64,000 bases of DNA from a virus. Positions 1 to 8,890 of this stretch are shown here, piece after piece (the stretch's first letter is position 1; each line of letters opens with the position of its first letter). Made by a program: the position numbers and the translations under genes. The stretch lies in the IMG/VR virus record IMGVR_UViG_3300037805_000525, positions 45,094-109,093 of that record; one strand, written 5' to 3'. The notes beneath the pieces were generated by a model. The model was given only the letters and a program-made list of their open reading frames with translations. It made no database searches and was not told the origin of the DNA.

Positions 1-11
1 TGAACCCGAAC

Positions 12-449
12 GTGCCCGAAAGTCTTCTCTGTAGGCTATGGGACGAGGGGGACGATGTCCTGCGCGCGGGGATTGTGCGCCACGCGAACGCGTCCGAAGC
101 GCACCGCGAGTATGGTTACCGAAGCGCAGATCCGTACATGCGTGTGTCGGCCATGCTCAGCCCGCATGCCTCGAGCGAGTACCTGTACGCGTCGTGTACC
201 GACCCCGCGGTTCGAGTGCGAAAACTGATGGCAGGCGATGACCGCGCAACCGCAGAGATGCTGGGCATCCTCGCGGAGGATATGGACCCCGACGTGTTGT
301 GGCGCGTGGCGCAGCGCGACGACATTTCGGACGAGGTCCTCCTACGTGCATGGACACGCATGAAGAAGCTGGCGACGTGGTCGCGGCTTGGGTTCATGAA
401 CTCAAGGGCATCTTCTAGGCTGGCCGCGCTTCTTGAGGCGCGTCGCTAG
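12..449 (+). CDS. HEAT/LRV-like helical repeat protein (true start may lie upstream of the window)
   Basis: Repeated D-P-x-V-R / D-P-D-V-L-W-R-V-A units typical of HEAT/leucine-rich-variant repeats; followed by a terminator. Confidence 0.5.
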   Translation: MPESLLCRLWDEGDDVLRAGIVRHANASEAHREYGYRSADPYMRVSAMLSPHASSEYLYASCTDPAVRVRKLMAGDDRATAEMLGILAEDMDPDVLWRVAQRDDISDEVLLRAWTRMKKLATWSRLGFMNSRASSRLAALLEARR

Positions 450-461
450 GCTCGCCGGGCG

Positions 462-483
462 AAGAGGGCGCGAGCCCTCTTTT
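462..483. terminator. Probable bidirectional intrinsic terminator
   Basis: AAGAGGGC-GCGA-GCCCTCTT(TT) hairpin between convergent genes 12..449 and 489..902. Confidence 0.7.
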
Positions 484-488
484 CTTAC

Positions 489-902
489 CTATGGCTTGGC
501 CGGGGCGGGTGCGGGTGCGGTGGCTTCGCGTAGCTGCTTGATCGTGGCGAGCACCTTGTACTTGAGCAGTGAGATCTTGGCCATCTCGGTGCGGCCGCCT
601 GCGTACATGGCGTCGGCGGTATTGAAGGGCAGCTCCACATCTGCCGAGTCAACCGGCTCAGGCAATGGCGGACCAATCTTGGCGATGCGTCGGTCCACCG
701 ACTCCAGAAGACTGAGCCCCGTGTAGAAGGAGTCGGCTCGAGTACTGCTCTCGATGAACTGCAGCGCCTCTTGTAATACTTCGTGGATCTTCTCTTGCTG
801 CAGCTGCGTGGTCTTGGCTGCAGCAGGCACCTGGTAGGGCAGCGGTATGTTCGCTGGGCTCAGCAGGTTGTCTACGCCGAAGACAAATCGTTCATCAGGC
901 AT
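489..902 (-). CDS. Hypothetical protein, last gene of the minus-strand structural run
   Basis: 137-aa ORF overlapping the stop of 895..3378; ends at a terminator. Confidence 0.7.
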   Translation of the reverse strand: MPDERFVFGVDNLLSPANIPLPYQVPAAAKTTQLQQEKIHEVLQEALQFIESSTRADSFYTGLSLLESVDRRIAKIGPPLPEPVDSADVELPFNTADAMYAGGRTEMAKISLLKYKVLATIKQLREATAPAPAPAKP

Positions 903-3378
903 CGTCGATCTCCGCGATGTAGTCAGACATGAGGGACGTGCCGAGCGAAGAACTCGCCGCAGGCTCGCTGCCGTATGTACGCATTGCTGCAGCGAGCAGT
1001 GCCTCTACGGAGTCAGTGTCTGTGAGCGACGTGGGCTCCGTCAACCCGAACACGGACCACTCGAGCGCCATGAGTTTGGTGTGTACCCAGCTCAGGTTGG
1101 CTTGGTGGAGTGCGTTGGACAGGTCAGCGAGCTCCTGGGGTGCGGCGGCACTGTAGCTGGACGACGCGCTGGCTATGCCGTCGAAGATGAGCATGAGCGT
1201 GCTGCGTACATACGCCCAGGCATCCGGAGACACGCCGTTGAGTGGATGCTGCAGACCAGGGGCGTAGCGTTGGTCTGCTAGTAGCTTGCGAACGGTACGC
1301 AGTGTGCCGCGTAGGTAGCTGGCGGTTACCGGTGTGGTCGTGGGGCCAGCACCATAGATTGCCGCGCCTGCTTCTGCGTAGGCTGCCAGGGTGACCACGC
1401 CGCCCATGGACGAGCGAACCTCCGCCCATCCGCCGAGGGGGCCGACTGCGTAGTCGCCGGCGCGGATACGGTAGCGAGGACCCGACGCAGTGTATGAGTA
1501 GCGGGGCTGGGTGGCGAACGCCTCGTCGGGCAGTCCGAACTCAGGCCCAGGTCCTCCCCCGGGAACAAGCTCAAAGAGTTGGTTGGAGTCGATGACAAGC
1601 TCTGTGGTCTCCAGGGCGAAGGTGATGTCTACGCTGCCGGCCACGCCCAGTACGTCCAGAGGTAGGACGATAGGGGTGAGCAGCGTGACCTGGGTGGGGT
1701 TGGCGGAGACGACCTGGTGGTACCCGTCGTATGGGGTAAGGACGTGCAGGAACGCAGCTTGTGTTCCGTCGGCTACGTCAATGAGGCTCGCACCGGCTGC
1801 GGTGATGGTGGCTGCGGCAGGCGGGCTACGGTACTGCGTGTTCTGCGTAGGGACGATGTCTAGCGCAGCCGGGTTGGTAATGGTGAGGTCGTTGAACCAT
1901 ACGTCAACGCCGTAGCCCTCTACAGGCACGGTGGTGAGTAGGTCATTGAGCGTGGTGGGTGGGGTGATCCAAGTGACGCCATCTACTGCAGTGCTGAGCA
2001 CGGGAGTGGTACTGCCCATGGGGATACCCATACGAGCTGCAGAGCCTGCGGTGTCGTAGGTGAACAGCAGATTGCCGCCGGTGGTGTGCACACAGTCTAC
2101 CGAAGCCGTAAAGTTCGAAATCTCGGTTGCGAGTTCGGACAGGTTGTACTTCACCGGAGGGGCAAATATCACAGTGTGATAAATCGAATTACCTGCTGCG
2201 ACGGTGACTGTGTAGAAGGGTGACTCGTCGGTTACGAGGTACTTGCGGTAGCTGAAGTGGAACTGCGTGCCGACGGGCAGTTCTTGATCGGTGCCTGGCA
2301 CAGTGAGGTCAGCGTAGGCAATAGTGACCTTGCCGGACGTGTAGTCGATGCCGCTAGAAATGTCGAGCGGCCAACCACTTACGCTGACTAGGTTGCCGGT
2401 TCCGTCGTCCGTTATGTGGTCGTTGGCTACGTGCAGCACCAGGGAGCCCGGTACGACATGTTCTCGCAGCGTTCGAACGTACGGACCCTTCCCGCCAGGT
2501 GCGTTTATCGAGTGGATCCCACTAAACGGGGCAGCCAGGTCCGCACCGTAGACAGAGGTAGTGGTAGCCATCGCCCGGATGGCTGCGGGGGAGGAGATGG
2601 TCACCGTATTTCCCGGCTCGCCCGAATACTGCAACTCTGCGGAGTCGGTACTCAGGCTGTGGAGCGGAAACGTGCTCCCTTCCATCTTGAAGGGGCCGAC
2701 CGCAACCAGGTCTGTGCCCTTTGGGGCGTCTAGGTCTATGTCGACCGCGCTCTCTTCGACAACAGAGGCGGACACAGCGGCTATTGCGGACAAATCCTTG
2801 GTTGCGGTGCCGTCCGGGCGCACGTTAGCTCGTACAGCGTCGTCTACGCTCTGTACAACACGTCTGCGCGTAGCAAAGGCGACGTCTGCCGCCTCCCAGG
2901 CTGTACGAGAGCGTGTAAGCGCGTTCAGTGCAGTCTCGAACTCTACTAGTGCAAGCTGGATCGAGCGCACAGCATTTATCACAATGTGATAATCCACCTC
3001 GCTGGACGCGGCGGTGGACGAGGCGGACAGTTCGTTGAGAGCGCGCACTGCGCCGCTGCTGCCCTGGTCAAGGTGCAGCAGCGCGTTGTCCGCGGCGTCC
3101 ACGCTCTCTGTTGTCAGGGTCTGCGTAGGCGCTCTGCGGGTGGATATGAGCGTAAGGAGGTGTTCCCGCGCTGTACTGGACTTGGCGGCGAGTGTACGAA
3201 GGTATGTGCCGTAGATGGCGTAGTACCCGCATTGGTCGTACTGGAGTGTGCGTGAGCAGAGGTCTAGTGCAACCTCCAGTATCTCCGCGGCTGTCTTGCC
3301 TCGCATCGTTCCGAGATCTACGCTCGGGGACAACCCCTGAGCTAGTCCCGCGATGTAGGCCTCAGAATATCGAGGCAT
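895..3378 (-). CDS. Putative virion structural (baseplate/tail-associated) protein
   Basis: 827 aa; helical N- and C-termini around a T/V/G/P-rich beta region containing a DDGTGNL...IDYTSGKVTI motif seen in tail/baseplate proteins. Confidence 0.55.
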   Translation of the reverse strand: MPRYSEAYIAGLAQGLSPSVDLGTMRGKTAAEILEVALDLCSRTLQYDQCGYYAIYGTYLRTLAAKSSTAREHLLTLISTRRAPTQTLTTESVDAADNALLHLDQGSSGAVRALNELSASSTAASSEVDYHIVINAVRSIQLALVEFETALNALTRSRTAWEAADVAFATRRRVVQSVDDAVRANVRPDGTATKDLSAIAAVSASVVEESAVDIDLDAPKGTDLVAVGPFKMEGSTFPLHSLSTDSAELQYSGEPGNTVTISSPAAIRAMATTTSVYGADLAAPFSGIHSINAPGGKGPYVRTLREHVVPGSLVLHVANDHITDDGTGNLVSVSGWPLDISSGIDYTSGKVTIAYADLTVPGTDQELPVGTQFHFSYRKYLVTDESPFYTVTVAAGNSIYHTVIFAPPVKYNLSELATEISNFTASVDCVHTTGGNLLFTYDTAGSAARMGIPMGSTTPVLSTAVDGVTWITPPTTLNDLLTTVPVEGYGVDVWFNDLTITNPAALDIVPTQNTQYRSPPAAATITAAGASLIDVADGTQAAFLHVLTPYDGYHQVVSANPTQVTLLTPIVLPLDVLGVAGSVDITFALETTELVIDSNQLFELVPGGGPGPEFGLPDEAFATQPRYSYTASGPRYRIRAGDYAVGPLGGWAEVRSSMGGVVTLAAYAEAGAAIYGAGPTTTPVTASYLRGTLRTVRKLLADQRYAPGLQHPLNGVSPDAWAYVRSTLMLIFDGIASASSSYSAAAPQELADLSNALHQANLSWVHTKLMALEWSVFGLTEPTSLTDTDSVEALLAAAMRTYGSEPAASSSLGTSLMSDYIAEIDDA
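2167..2181. promoter_or_regulatory. Palindromic site 1, TATCACAGTGTGATA (intragenic)
   Basis: Perfect 7-1-7 palindrome, one of 13 copies. Confidence 0.85.
2977..2991. promoter_or_regulatory. Palindromic site 2, TATCACAATGTGATA (intragenic)
   Basis: Perfect arms with central A. Confidence 0.8.
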
Positions 3379-3776
3379 TAGTCACAGCTTTCGGGGTTGG
3401 TTCCGCGCAGTCGGCGGATGCCTTGTGCGTCAGCAGTACGGGCCAGCTTACGGACCGTGTGCGGGGAAATGTTGAATGCACCGCATACCGACTCGAACGA
3501 GTAGATGTACGTGGCTGTCTTGAAGTCCGTGATCAGGTCAAATATCCACGACGCAGCATCAGCGCCTAGCTCACGCTTCTGCGCGTCTGGGCTGGACCGG
3601 TACAGTACATAGTCAGAGACGCCACGACGTAGGACAGCCAACATGAGCTGTGCCGCCCCGGAATCAGCACCCTGATGCGCACGATCCAGTTTGAGGCACT
3701 CACACGTCTGTGGGTCGCAGAGGCCGAGCTGCTTGAGCGTGCACTCGTAGTTTGGATTGTGCTTATTCCTGCTCAC
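3378..3776 (-). CDS. Small Cys-rich protein with C-terminal HTH-like segment
   Basis: N-terminal C-x7-C-x4-C-x-C; C-terminal AVL..GV.DY...AASWIF...SFESVC.AFNISP..VR pattern of a conserved HTH-like hypothetical family. Confidence 0.6.
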   Translation of the reverse strand: MSRNKHNPNYECTLKQLGLCDPQTCECLKLDRAHQGADSGAAQLMLAVLRRGVSDYVLYRSSPDAQKRELGADAASWIFDLITDFKTATYIYSFESVCGAFNISPHTVRKLARTADAQGIRRLRGTNPESCD

Positions 3777-4690
3777 GCGACGGTGACCTCAATCGCGCCA
3801 ACGAGCGCGCTCACCAGGTCTCCACCGAACCCAAACCCTTCGGGCAGCTCGACGGGGATTAGCGTAGGGGTGTAGGTGACCACGCCAGCGGCGAGGCCCG
3901 TGAACTCTACGGCCGTGCCTTCAAGAGCCAGGTCAGCCACGTCGGGCACATCCTCGCTCAAGTACACGCGCGAGTCGGTCAACAAGACACCGCTGGTGAG
4001 CAGTATCTTGTAGGTGAGCTCCTTGACCTCGGCTACAGCCAGCGCAAGGGCGGGTGCGGCTCGTGAGAGTTCCGCTGCGCCGTCGAACCAGACAATCCCC
4101 GCAACAACCGGGAAGATGATGGACATCAGGTCGGCAGACGGAGCGTCTGGTACGTGTATGTACCAGCTGCCTAGCTGCGTGCCCAAGGCTACGCTGTACG
4201 TGCGCCCACGCAGTAGCGAGACGGACATGCGCCCATCTTTGTCTGCCACGACATCCACCGGCGCTCGGTTGAGTCCGAGGAGGACACTGGATACGTCGCG
4301 AACAGAGTCCCCGCAGTGGATGGTGATTCGCGCGGTGAGATCACCAGACGGCGAGCCGTCCAGGTCCTCGAAGTACCCAGTGCATAGGCACCGTCCGGGG
4401 TCGGCCGACTGCGGTAGGGTGGGCGACGCCACCAACACTGTAAACAGCACGGGGGCCGCTTGATCGGGCACCACGGCGGAGAACGTGTTGCCGGCGTGTG
4501 CGGTGAGCGGTTGCGGCCCGTGTACCCGCATGGAGTATGTTCCTGCGGGCTGGTCTCCGAGGAAGACGCGCCCCGCTACGTCGGTGTACCCACTGCCTAC
4601 GAGCGCAAGCCCGGCGTCGTACATCGCGACGAACACATCCGCGCGGACATCGGCAGGGGTTGAGACCGCTTCAGCGAATACTTGTGGCAC
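3773..4690 (-). CDS. Putative virion protein with Ig/prealbumin-like beta domains
   Basis: 305 aa, acidic and beta-rich; TD..G...L..Q..GTY and DKDGRMSVSL motifs; resembles 7011..8195. Confidence 0.55.
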   Translation of the reverse strand: MPQVFAEAVSTPADVRADVFVAMYDAGLALVGSGYTDVAGRVFLGDQPAGTYSMRVHGPQPLTAHAGNTFSAVVPDQAAPVLFTVLVASPTLPQSADPGRCLCTGYFEDLDGSPSGDLTARITIHCGDSVRDVSSVLLGLNRAPVDVVADKDGRMSVSLLRGRTYSVALGTQLGSWYIHVPDAPSADLMSIIFPVVAGIVWFDGAAELSRAAPALALAVAEVKELTYKILLTSGVLLTDSRVYLSEDVPDVADLALEGTAVEFTGLAAGVVTYTPTLIPVELPEGFGFGGDLVSALVGAIEVTVA

Positions 4691-4693
4691 TGC

Positions 4694-5323
4694 TCAACTC
4701 CAGGCTTTGGGCATGAACGTGGTTTCGGGGTAAGTGTAGCCCCATTCTTCTGGATACAAGCTGCCTTCTTTTGAGACACACCACGCAACAAGCTGCGCGC
4801 TCGTCACCACGCCGCCACTGCTGTTGAGCATCAGGACACGCTGGAGTAGTTCGGTGAACGTGTGCTCCCCGTAGCGATCCCCCCAGTTACCCGTGGCCCT
4901 GAACATCGTCTCGACGCCCAAGTACACACATATGGCGTGTCCGTGCAGCTTCCCGTCAGCGCCGATGTAGTTCAGCGACACAACACGGGCAAGCCGATCC
5001 GAAGGCAGTACGGCGGCGGCCCAGGATGCGAAGTCGTCGCAGTCCATTGCCATGCGCGGTGGCTGCGGTTTCCCTTCGGCGATGAGGTCCAACACGTACT
5101 GTGTGCGGCACGGGTGGCCGACGGCGTCCCACAACTCGCGCCAGCCGTCAGACCTGTACGTGAGTTTGTCCATCTCTGTGACCACGCGTGCCGGAGGCAG
5201 CTCACGTGGAAGATGCGCGCTCCACGGGCCGAACAGGCGGTAGAGGTTGGACCAGGCGGCTCGGATGTATCGGTGCGTGCTGTAAGCAGCTCGCCAGACC
5301 CACGTTCGGTAAATATTCATCAC
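4694..5323 (-). CDS. Transglutaminase-like (papain-fold) cysteine protease
   Basis: DCDDFA catalytic-Cys motif, downstream GHAICV His motif, then a polar residue in TGNW. Confidence 0.7.
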   Translation of the reverse strand: MMNIYRTWVWRAAYSTHRYIRAAWSNLYRLFGPWSAHLPRELPPARVVTEMDKLTYRSDGWRELWDAVGHPCRTQYVLDLIAEGKPQPPRMAMDCDDFASWAAAVLPSDRLARVVSLNYIGADGKLHGHAICVYLGVETMFRATGNWGDRYGEHTFTELLQRVLMLNSSGGVVTSAQLVAWCVSKEGSLYPEEWGYTYPETTFMPKAWS

Positions 5324-7014
5324 ATCGTGCTCTGCTGCCAGCGGTTGTACGGTTGGCGCGCGAAGTTGGCTGCGCCCTGTGCTGCGCCCTGTGCTGCGCC
5401 CTGTGCTGCGCGTGCACCACCGCCCAACGCGCCACGCGCTGTGCGGTATAGTTCGGGGCCAAACATCGCTGCGGGTAGGCCCCAGTTCTTGACGCCAGAC
5501 CAGACCTTCTGGCCGGTGCTCTGCGGCATGACACCCTTCAGCGCAGAGACGACCGCCGGGAACATCGTGATCGCCTGCTGAAGCGGGAGCTCGTGTTTGA
5601 TGCTGCCGTCTGCATTCAGCGTCCGCACTTTCCCGTTCGCGTACTGCATCTGCTGGTTGTTGATCACTCCGATGTCCACGGCTTGGTTCTTGTCCACCAC
5701 CTGATCGGCGGGCCGAGGCTTGCGAGAGAGTGTGCCCCGTCCCGCGCGCTCCTGCCAGTTGGCTGCTGCGTTGTCGAGTCGTGGCTGCCGCGCCACGGCG
5801 GTTGCGTGCTCGTAGTTACGCGGCTGGATCCCTGCCGCGTGCGTGCGACCGGCTACGATGTCCGCCCTGTTGAGGGCCCCGTACTGGCGCTGTGGTGCGA
5901 CCCAGTCCGCTGGCGCCTTCTTGGGGCGCTTGACCGCCTTTACCGGACCGATTCGAGGCGAAGCGTTGTACAGCTGGTCTGCGTCGTTCACCCGCCGCTT
6001 CACCTGCCCCGTACCCCAACTGCGCCAGCCGTGCTGGGTTAGCCCCGCGTCCACGTGGCGCGCGGCGTCGGCACCAGGACGCGGCCCAGCTATGTTGATC
6101 CGCCTACCGAGCTCCTTGGCGCGGCGCGCATCTTCGTAGCCGAGCGAGCCCGCGTCGAGACGCTTACGCGACAACCCCTGAAGCTCGTCAGAGTAGCGAG
6201 TCAGGTCGCGCTGCGCGCCGATCCTCTTCTGGTTCGAGGCGACCACGCCAGCGGCGCGCTGCCGCCCATACCCGGGGATACTACGCCACGCGCCCGCACG
6301 TGAGCCGGCGCCCGCGCTACGTGCGATGGACGCCGCACCAAGGCCTCGGGCTGCATGGGCGCCACGTATGGCGCCCCCCGCTACGCGCAGGCCACCGCTA
6401 AGGGCCGCGCCTGACCCAATCGCGCTGTTACCGAACGGGTTGATTACGTTGAGCCCGGCGCGAACGTAGTTACCCTTCGCCCAGTTGTCTGCCGCGGGCT
6501 TACCGAATATGGTCTGTCCAATCCGACGACCGATGCTCTGATTACTGTTCGTGCCGCGGAAGTTGTTAGCCATCTGGCCCGCGGCGGCAATGCCACCGAG
6601 TACGAGCGGCACCAACGCGGTCTTCTCCACACCAACAGGTATGTTGCGCATGTGCGCCGACTTCACCTTCATGTTGTCGTTGCCTGCGTTGCGCGGAAGC
6701 GACGGCGCCTTGTCAAACGAGCTTCCCGGGTTGATCGGCGCGACCCGGGCCTTTGGACCAGCTGCAAGGGAACCGCCCCCAGCAATTTGCATTGGCATCT
6801 GGTTCTGCGACTTGCGCTTCGGTGCAGGGGCAGGGATTGCGCGCGTCTGCGCGCTCATCGTTGTGGGCGCCCCCATCGACGCTGTGGGGGGTGGCGCAAA
6901 GATCCCGTCGGCGTTGCCATTCACAAAGCCAGGGTTCGCCAGCGCACCCTCCTTCAGGAGTCCTTGGGACATCACAAGCTCTGTGAACGCGCGTGCGCTC
7001 TCTGCCGTACTCAT
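5320..7014 (-). CDS. Arg/Gly/Ala-rich putative internal head (ejected) protein with KxA motifs
   Basis: 564 aa, very basic, Gly-rich hydrophobic segments; LLKEGA, VKSA and EKTA motifs; C-terminal AQGA repeats. Confidence 0.55.
   Translation of the reverse strand: MSTAESARAFTELVMSQGLLKEGALANPGFVNGNADGIFAPPPTASMGAPTTMSAQTRAIPAPAPKRKSQNQMPMQIAGGGSLAAGPKARVAPINPGSSFDKAPSLPRNAGNDNMKVKSAHMRNIPVGVEKTALVPLVLGGIAAAGQMANNFRGTNSNQSIGRRIGQTIFGKPAADNWAKGNYVRAGLNVINPFGNSAIGSGAALSGGLRVAGGAIRGAHAARGLGAASIARSAGAGSRAGAWRSIPGYGRQRAAGVVASNQKRIGAQRDLTRYSDELQGLSRKRLDAGSLGYEDARRAKELGRRINIAGPRPGADAARHVDAGLTQHGWRSWGTGQVKRRVNDADQLYNASPRIGPVKAVKRPKKAPADWVAPQRQYGALNRADIVAGRTHAAGIQPRNYEHATAVARQPRLDNAAANWQERAGRGTLSRKPRPADQVVDKNQAVDIGVINNQQMQYANGKVRTLNADGSIKHELPLQQAITMFPAVVSALKGVMPQSTGQKVWSGVKNWGLPAAMFGPELYRTARGALGGGARAAQGAAQGAAQGAANFARQPYNRWQQSTM
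5369..5411. repeat. 12-bp tandem repeat (GCTGCGCCCTGT)x3.5 encoding AQGA repeats
   Basis: Directly visible in the sequence. Confidence 0.9.
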
Positions 7015-8195
7015 AGGTCTCTCCTGAAAGCGGCGGTATTTGTTAGGACCAGCATATCAAACGCATCGTCCGCGGCCTGGGATAGAAGGCCGGCGAGGTC
7101 GATCGGGTCCTGCGCGTCCACTCCAGATGGCACCGTGATGGTCCGACTGAACCCCGCAATCGGCAGTCGTACTGCCAACTTCGCTCCCTGGATCGCCGTG
7201 AATTCTGTGTAGCCGTTCGAGTCCGTGTAGTACGTGTGCACTCGGTCAAGCACCGTAACGCCAGCCAGGAGTACACTCGACGCCAGCAACTCAACCTGCA
7301 CTGGTGCGTTGACGTGTGGTGTGGCGTCCGAGCGCCACATGCGGATGTACAGCGTCGCCGCCTCCGGCGGAGGCACTGCCGGGCTGACCGTTGGCGTGAG
7401 CGTGTCTACGAGTATGTTGACCGTATTGGTCTCGTTCTCGACCACCTCGAACGCGATATTGTTGTAGGAGAACACGTGGCCGTCGCGCAGCAGCGCCACG
7501 GTGTACGCACCTGGCTGAAGGTACCCGTGCGCCTCCCCAGATATGTTCGTGCGCAGCGTAAGCGTCGCAACGCCCTCGCGCATCACAACGAGTTGTGTGG
7601 CTGAGTGCGGCTCTGACGGAGCCGACGAGGTCAGGACCAGGAAGTTACACAGCTCCGTGCCCGCAGGCATGAACAGCGACAGCGTCTCCATGAACTGCGG
7701 GATCATGAACCCACCGACGTCCATTAGCCAGACGACGGTGTACAGGCCTTCCTCGACCAGAGTCAGTGGGTCGGAGACGTACGCACCCTTACCCGCGTCG
7801 AACACAACTGGGAGCGCGCCGAGCGCGGAACTACCGTGCTGATCGAGGATGTCAAACGTCCACGAATCACCTGCCGGCTGCTCTAGCGGCAGCACGATCT
7901 CAGAGCCGACGAGCGCGTCGCCTGACGGCACTTGGGAACATACCGCTGGTTCAATCTCGACTGAGTCTCCGTCGTAGTCCCACTGAAGCAGGTACGACCC
8001 GACGGCGAGCAATGTGACAGCCTCCGATACGTACACGTTGGGTACCGCGGCGCTCTGCGTCATCGCAAGCGGTCCGACTACTACGACATCATCGCTGTCG
8101 GTTACGGTCAGCGTCAGCAGGGTAATGTCGAGGACGGCGCCGGCACTGTCTAGGTACCCTGCGCGGGTCGGAGTTCCTCTTCGGAAGACAATCAT
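7011..8195 (-). CDS. Putative virion protein with tandem beta-sandwich domains
   Basis: 394 aa, acidic and beta-rich; repeated G.Y.L.W and T...G...F motifs. Confidence 0.55.
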   Translation of the reverse strand: MIVFRRGTPTRAGYLDSAGAVLDITLLTLTVTDSDDVVVVGPLAMTQSAAVPNVYVSEAVTLLAVGSYLLQWDYDGDSVEIEPAVCSQVPSGDALVGSEIVLPLEQPAGDSWTFDILDQHGSSALGALPVVFDAGKGAYVSDPLTLVEEGLYTVVWLMDVGGFMIPQFMETLSLFMPAGTELCNFLVLTSSAPSEPHSATQLVVMREGVATLTLRTNISGEAHGYLQPGAYTVALLRDGHVFSYNNIAFEVVENETNTVNILVDTLTPTVSPAVPPPEAATLYIRMWRSDATPHVNAPVQVELLASSVLLAGVTVLDRVHTYYTDSNGYTEFTAIQGAKLAVRLPIAGFSRTITVPSGVDAQDPIDLAGLLSQAADDAFDMLVLTNTAAFRRDL

Positions 8196-8490
8196 CGTAG
8201 AGCTCCAAGCTGCGCAACAGCGTTGCGTACGGCGGACGAGGTCACCGTGTTGGAGTAGACACGTAGTGCAGCATCTGCGCCGGTGGCTTCGCGTACAGAG
8301 ATGAGAAAGGCACGCTCACTCGTGAGCTGGGCCGCGCGCTTTGCGACGTGCGCAAGGAACGCGGACTCTAGCTCATCGAGCAGCGCATCATTTGGCGTAG
8401 GCACGTTAAACCCTCCGTAGATCAATACCTTGAGTCTACCGACTAAACGTCCGCGGGGGGAGCGTGTGTTCGCGAACTTGCGCGGGACAC

Positions 8491-8517
8491 CAAGTGCGTG
8501 GCGTTTGGGGGTATAAG
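8491..8517 (+). promoter_or_regulatory. Promoter-like motif CAAG-N15-GGTATAAG
   Basis: One of six aligned motifs upstream of plus-strand genes. Confidence 0.6.
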
Positions 8518-8545
8518 TACTCGAGTGGCTAGGTAACAACGCGGA

Positions 8546-8560
8546 TATCACAGTGTGATA
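8546..8560. promoter_or_regulatory. Palindromic site 3, between the promoter motif and gene 8581
   Basis: Perfect TATCACAGTGTGATA, extended by GCGGA...TCCGC. Confidence 0.85.
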
Positions 8561-8580
8561 ATCCGCAGGGAGGCGAAGAT

Positions 8581-8877
8581 ATGACTATATCTGTGGGGTC
8601 TAAGAGGTACGACGCGCGCATCGTTGGTGACGCGGTCATAGTTGTGCAGTTCGTATGCACCGGTGTGCTGTCCACGCACACCACCTGGGAGCGTGTGGGG
8701 CGCGAGCCACAAGAGATGCAAGTGTCCGGTTCAGACGACCCGTGGTCACGCACCAAAACTGAAGCGGTTAGTCGCCTACGGTCCGAGTGCGAACGCGCAG
8801 TGCGCGCGGACACAGCGGCGTTAGCTATCGCGCGTGAGTCGCTGCGCAAGGTCACTCAGTATGCGCGCCGTCCGTAG
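8581..8877 (+). CDS. Hypothetical protein
   Basis: ATG preceded by GGGAGG Shine-Dalgarno and a promoter motif. Confidence 0.7.
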   Translation: MTISVGSKRYDARIVGDAVIVVQFVCTGVLSTHTTWERVGREPQEMQVSGSDDPWSRTKTEAVSRLRSECERAVRADTAALAIARESLRKVTQYARRP

Positions 8878-8890
8878 GTTGGTGGGGGTG

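Noticed and set aside
8192-8551. 119-aa minus-strand ORF
   Set aside because: Its 5' half overlaps the plus-strand promoter and palindrome; a shorter gene from about 8400 is possible but cannot be supported confidently
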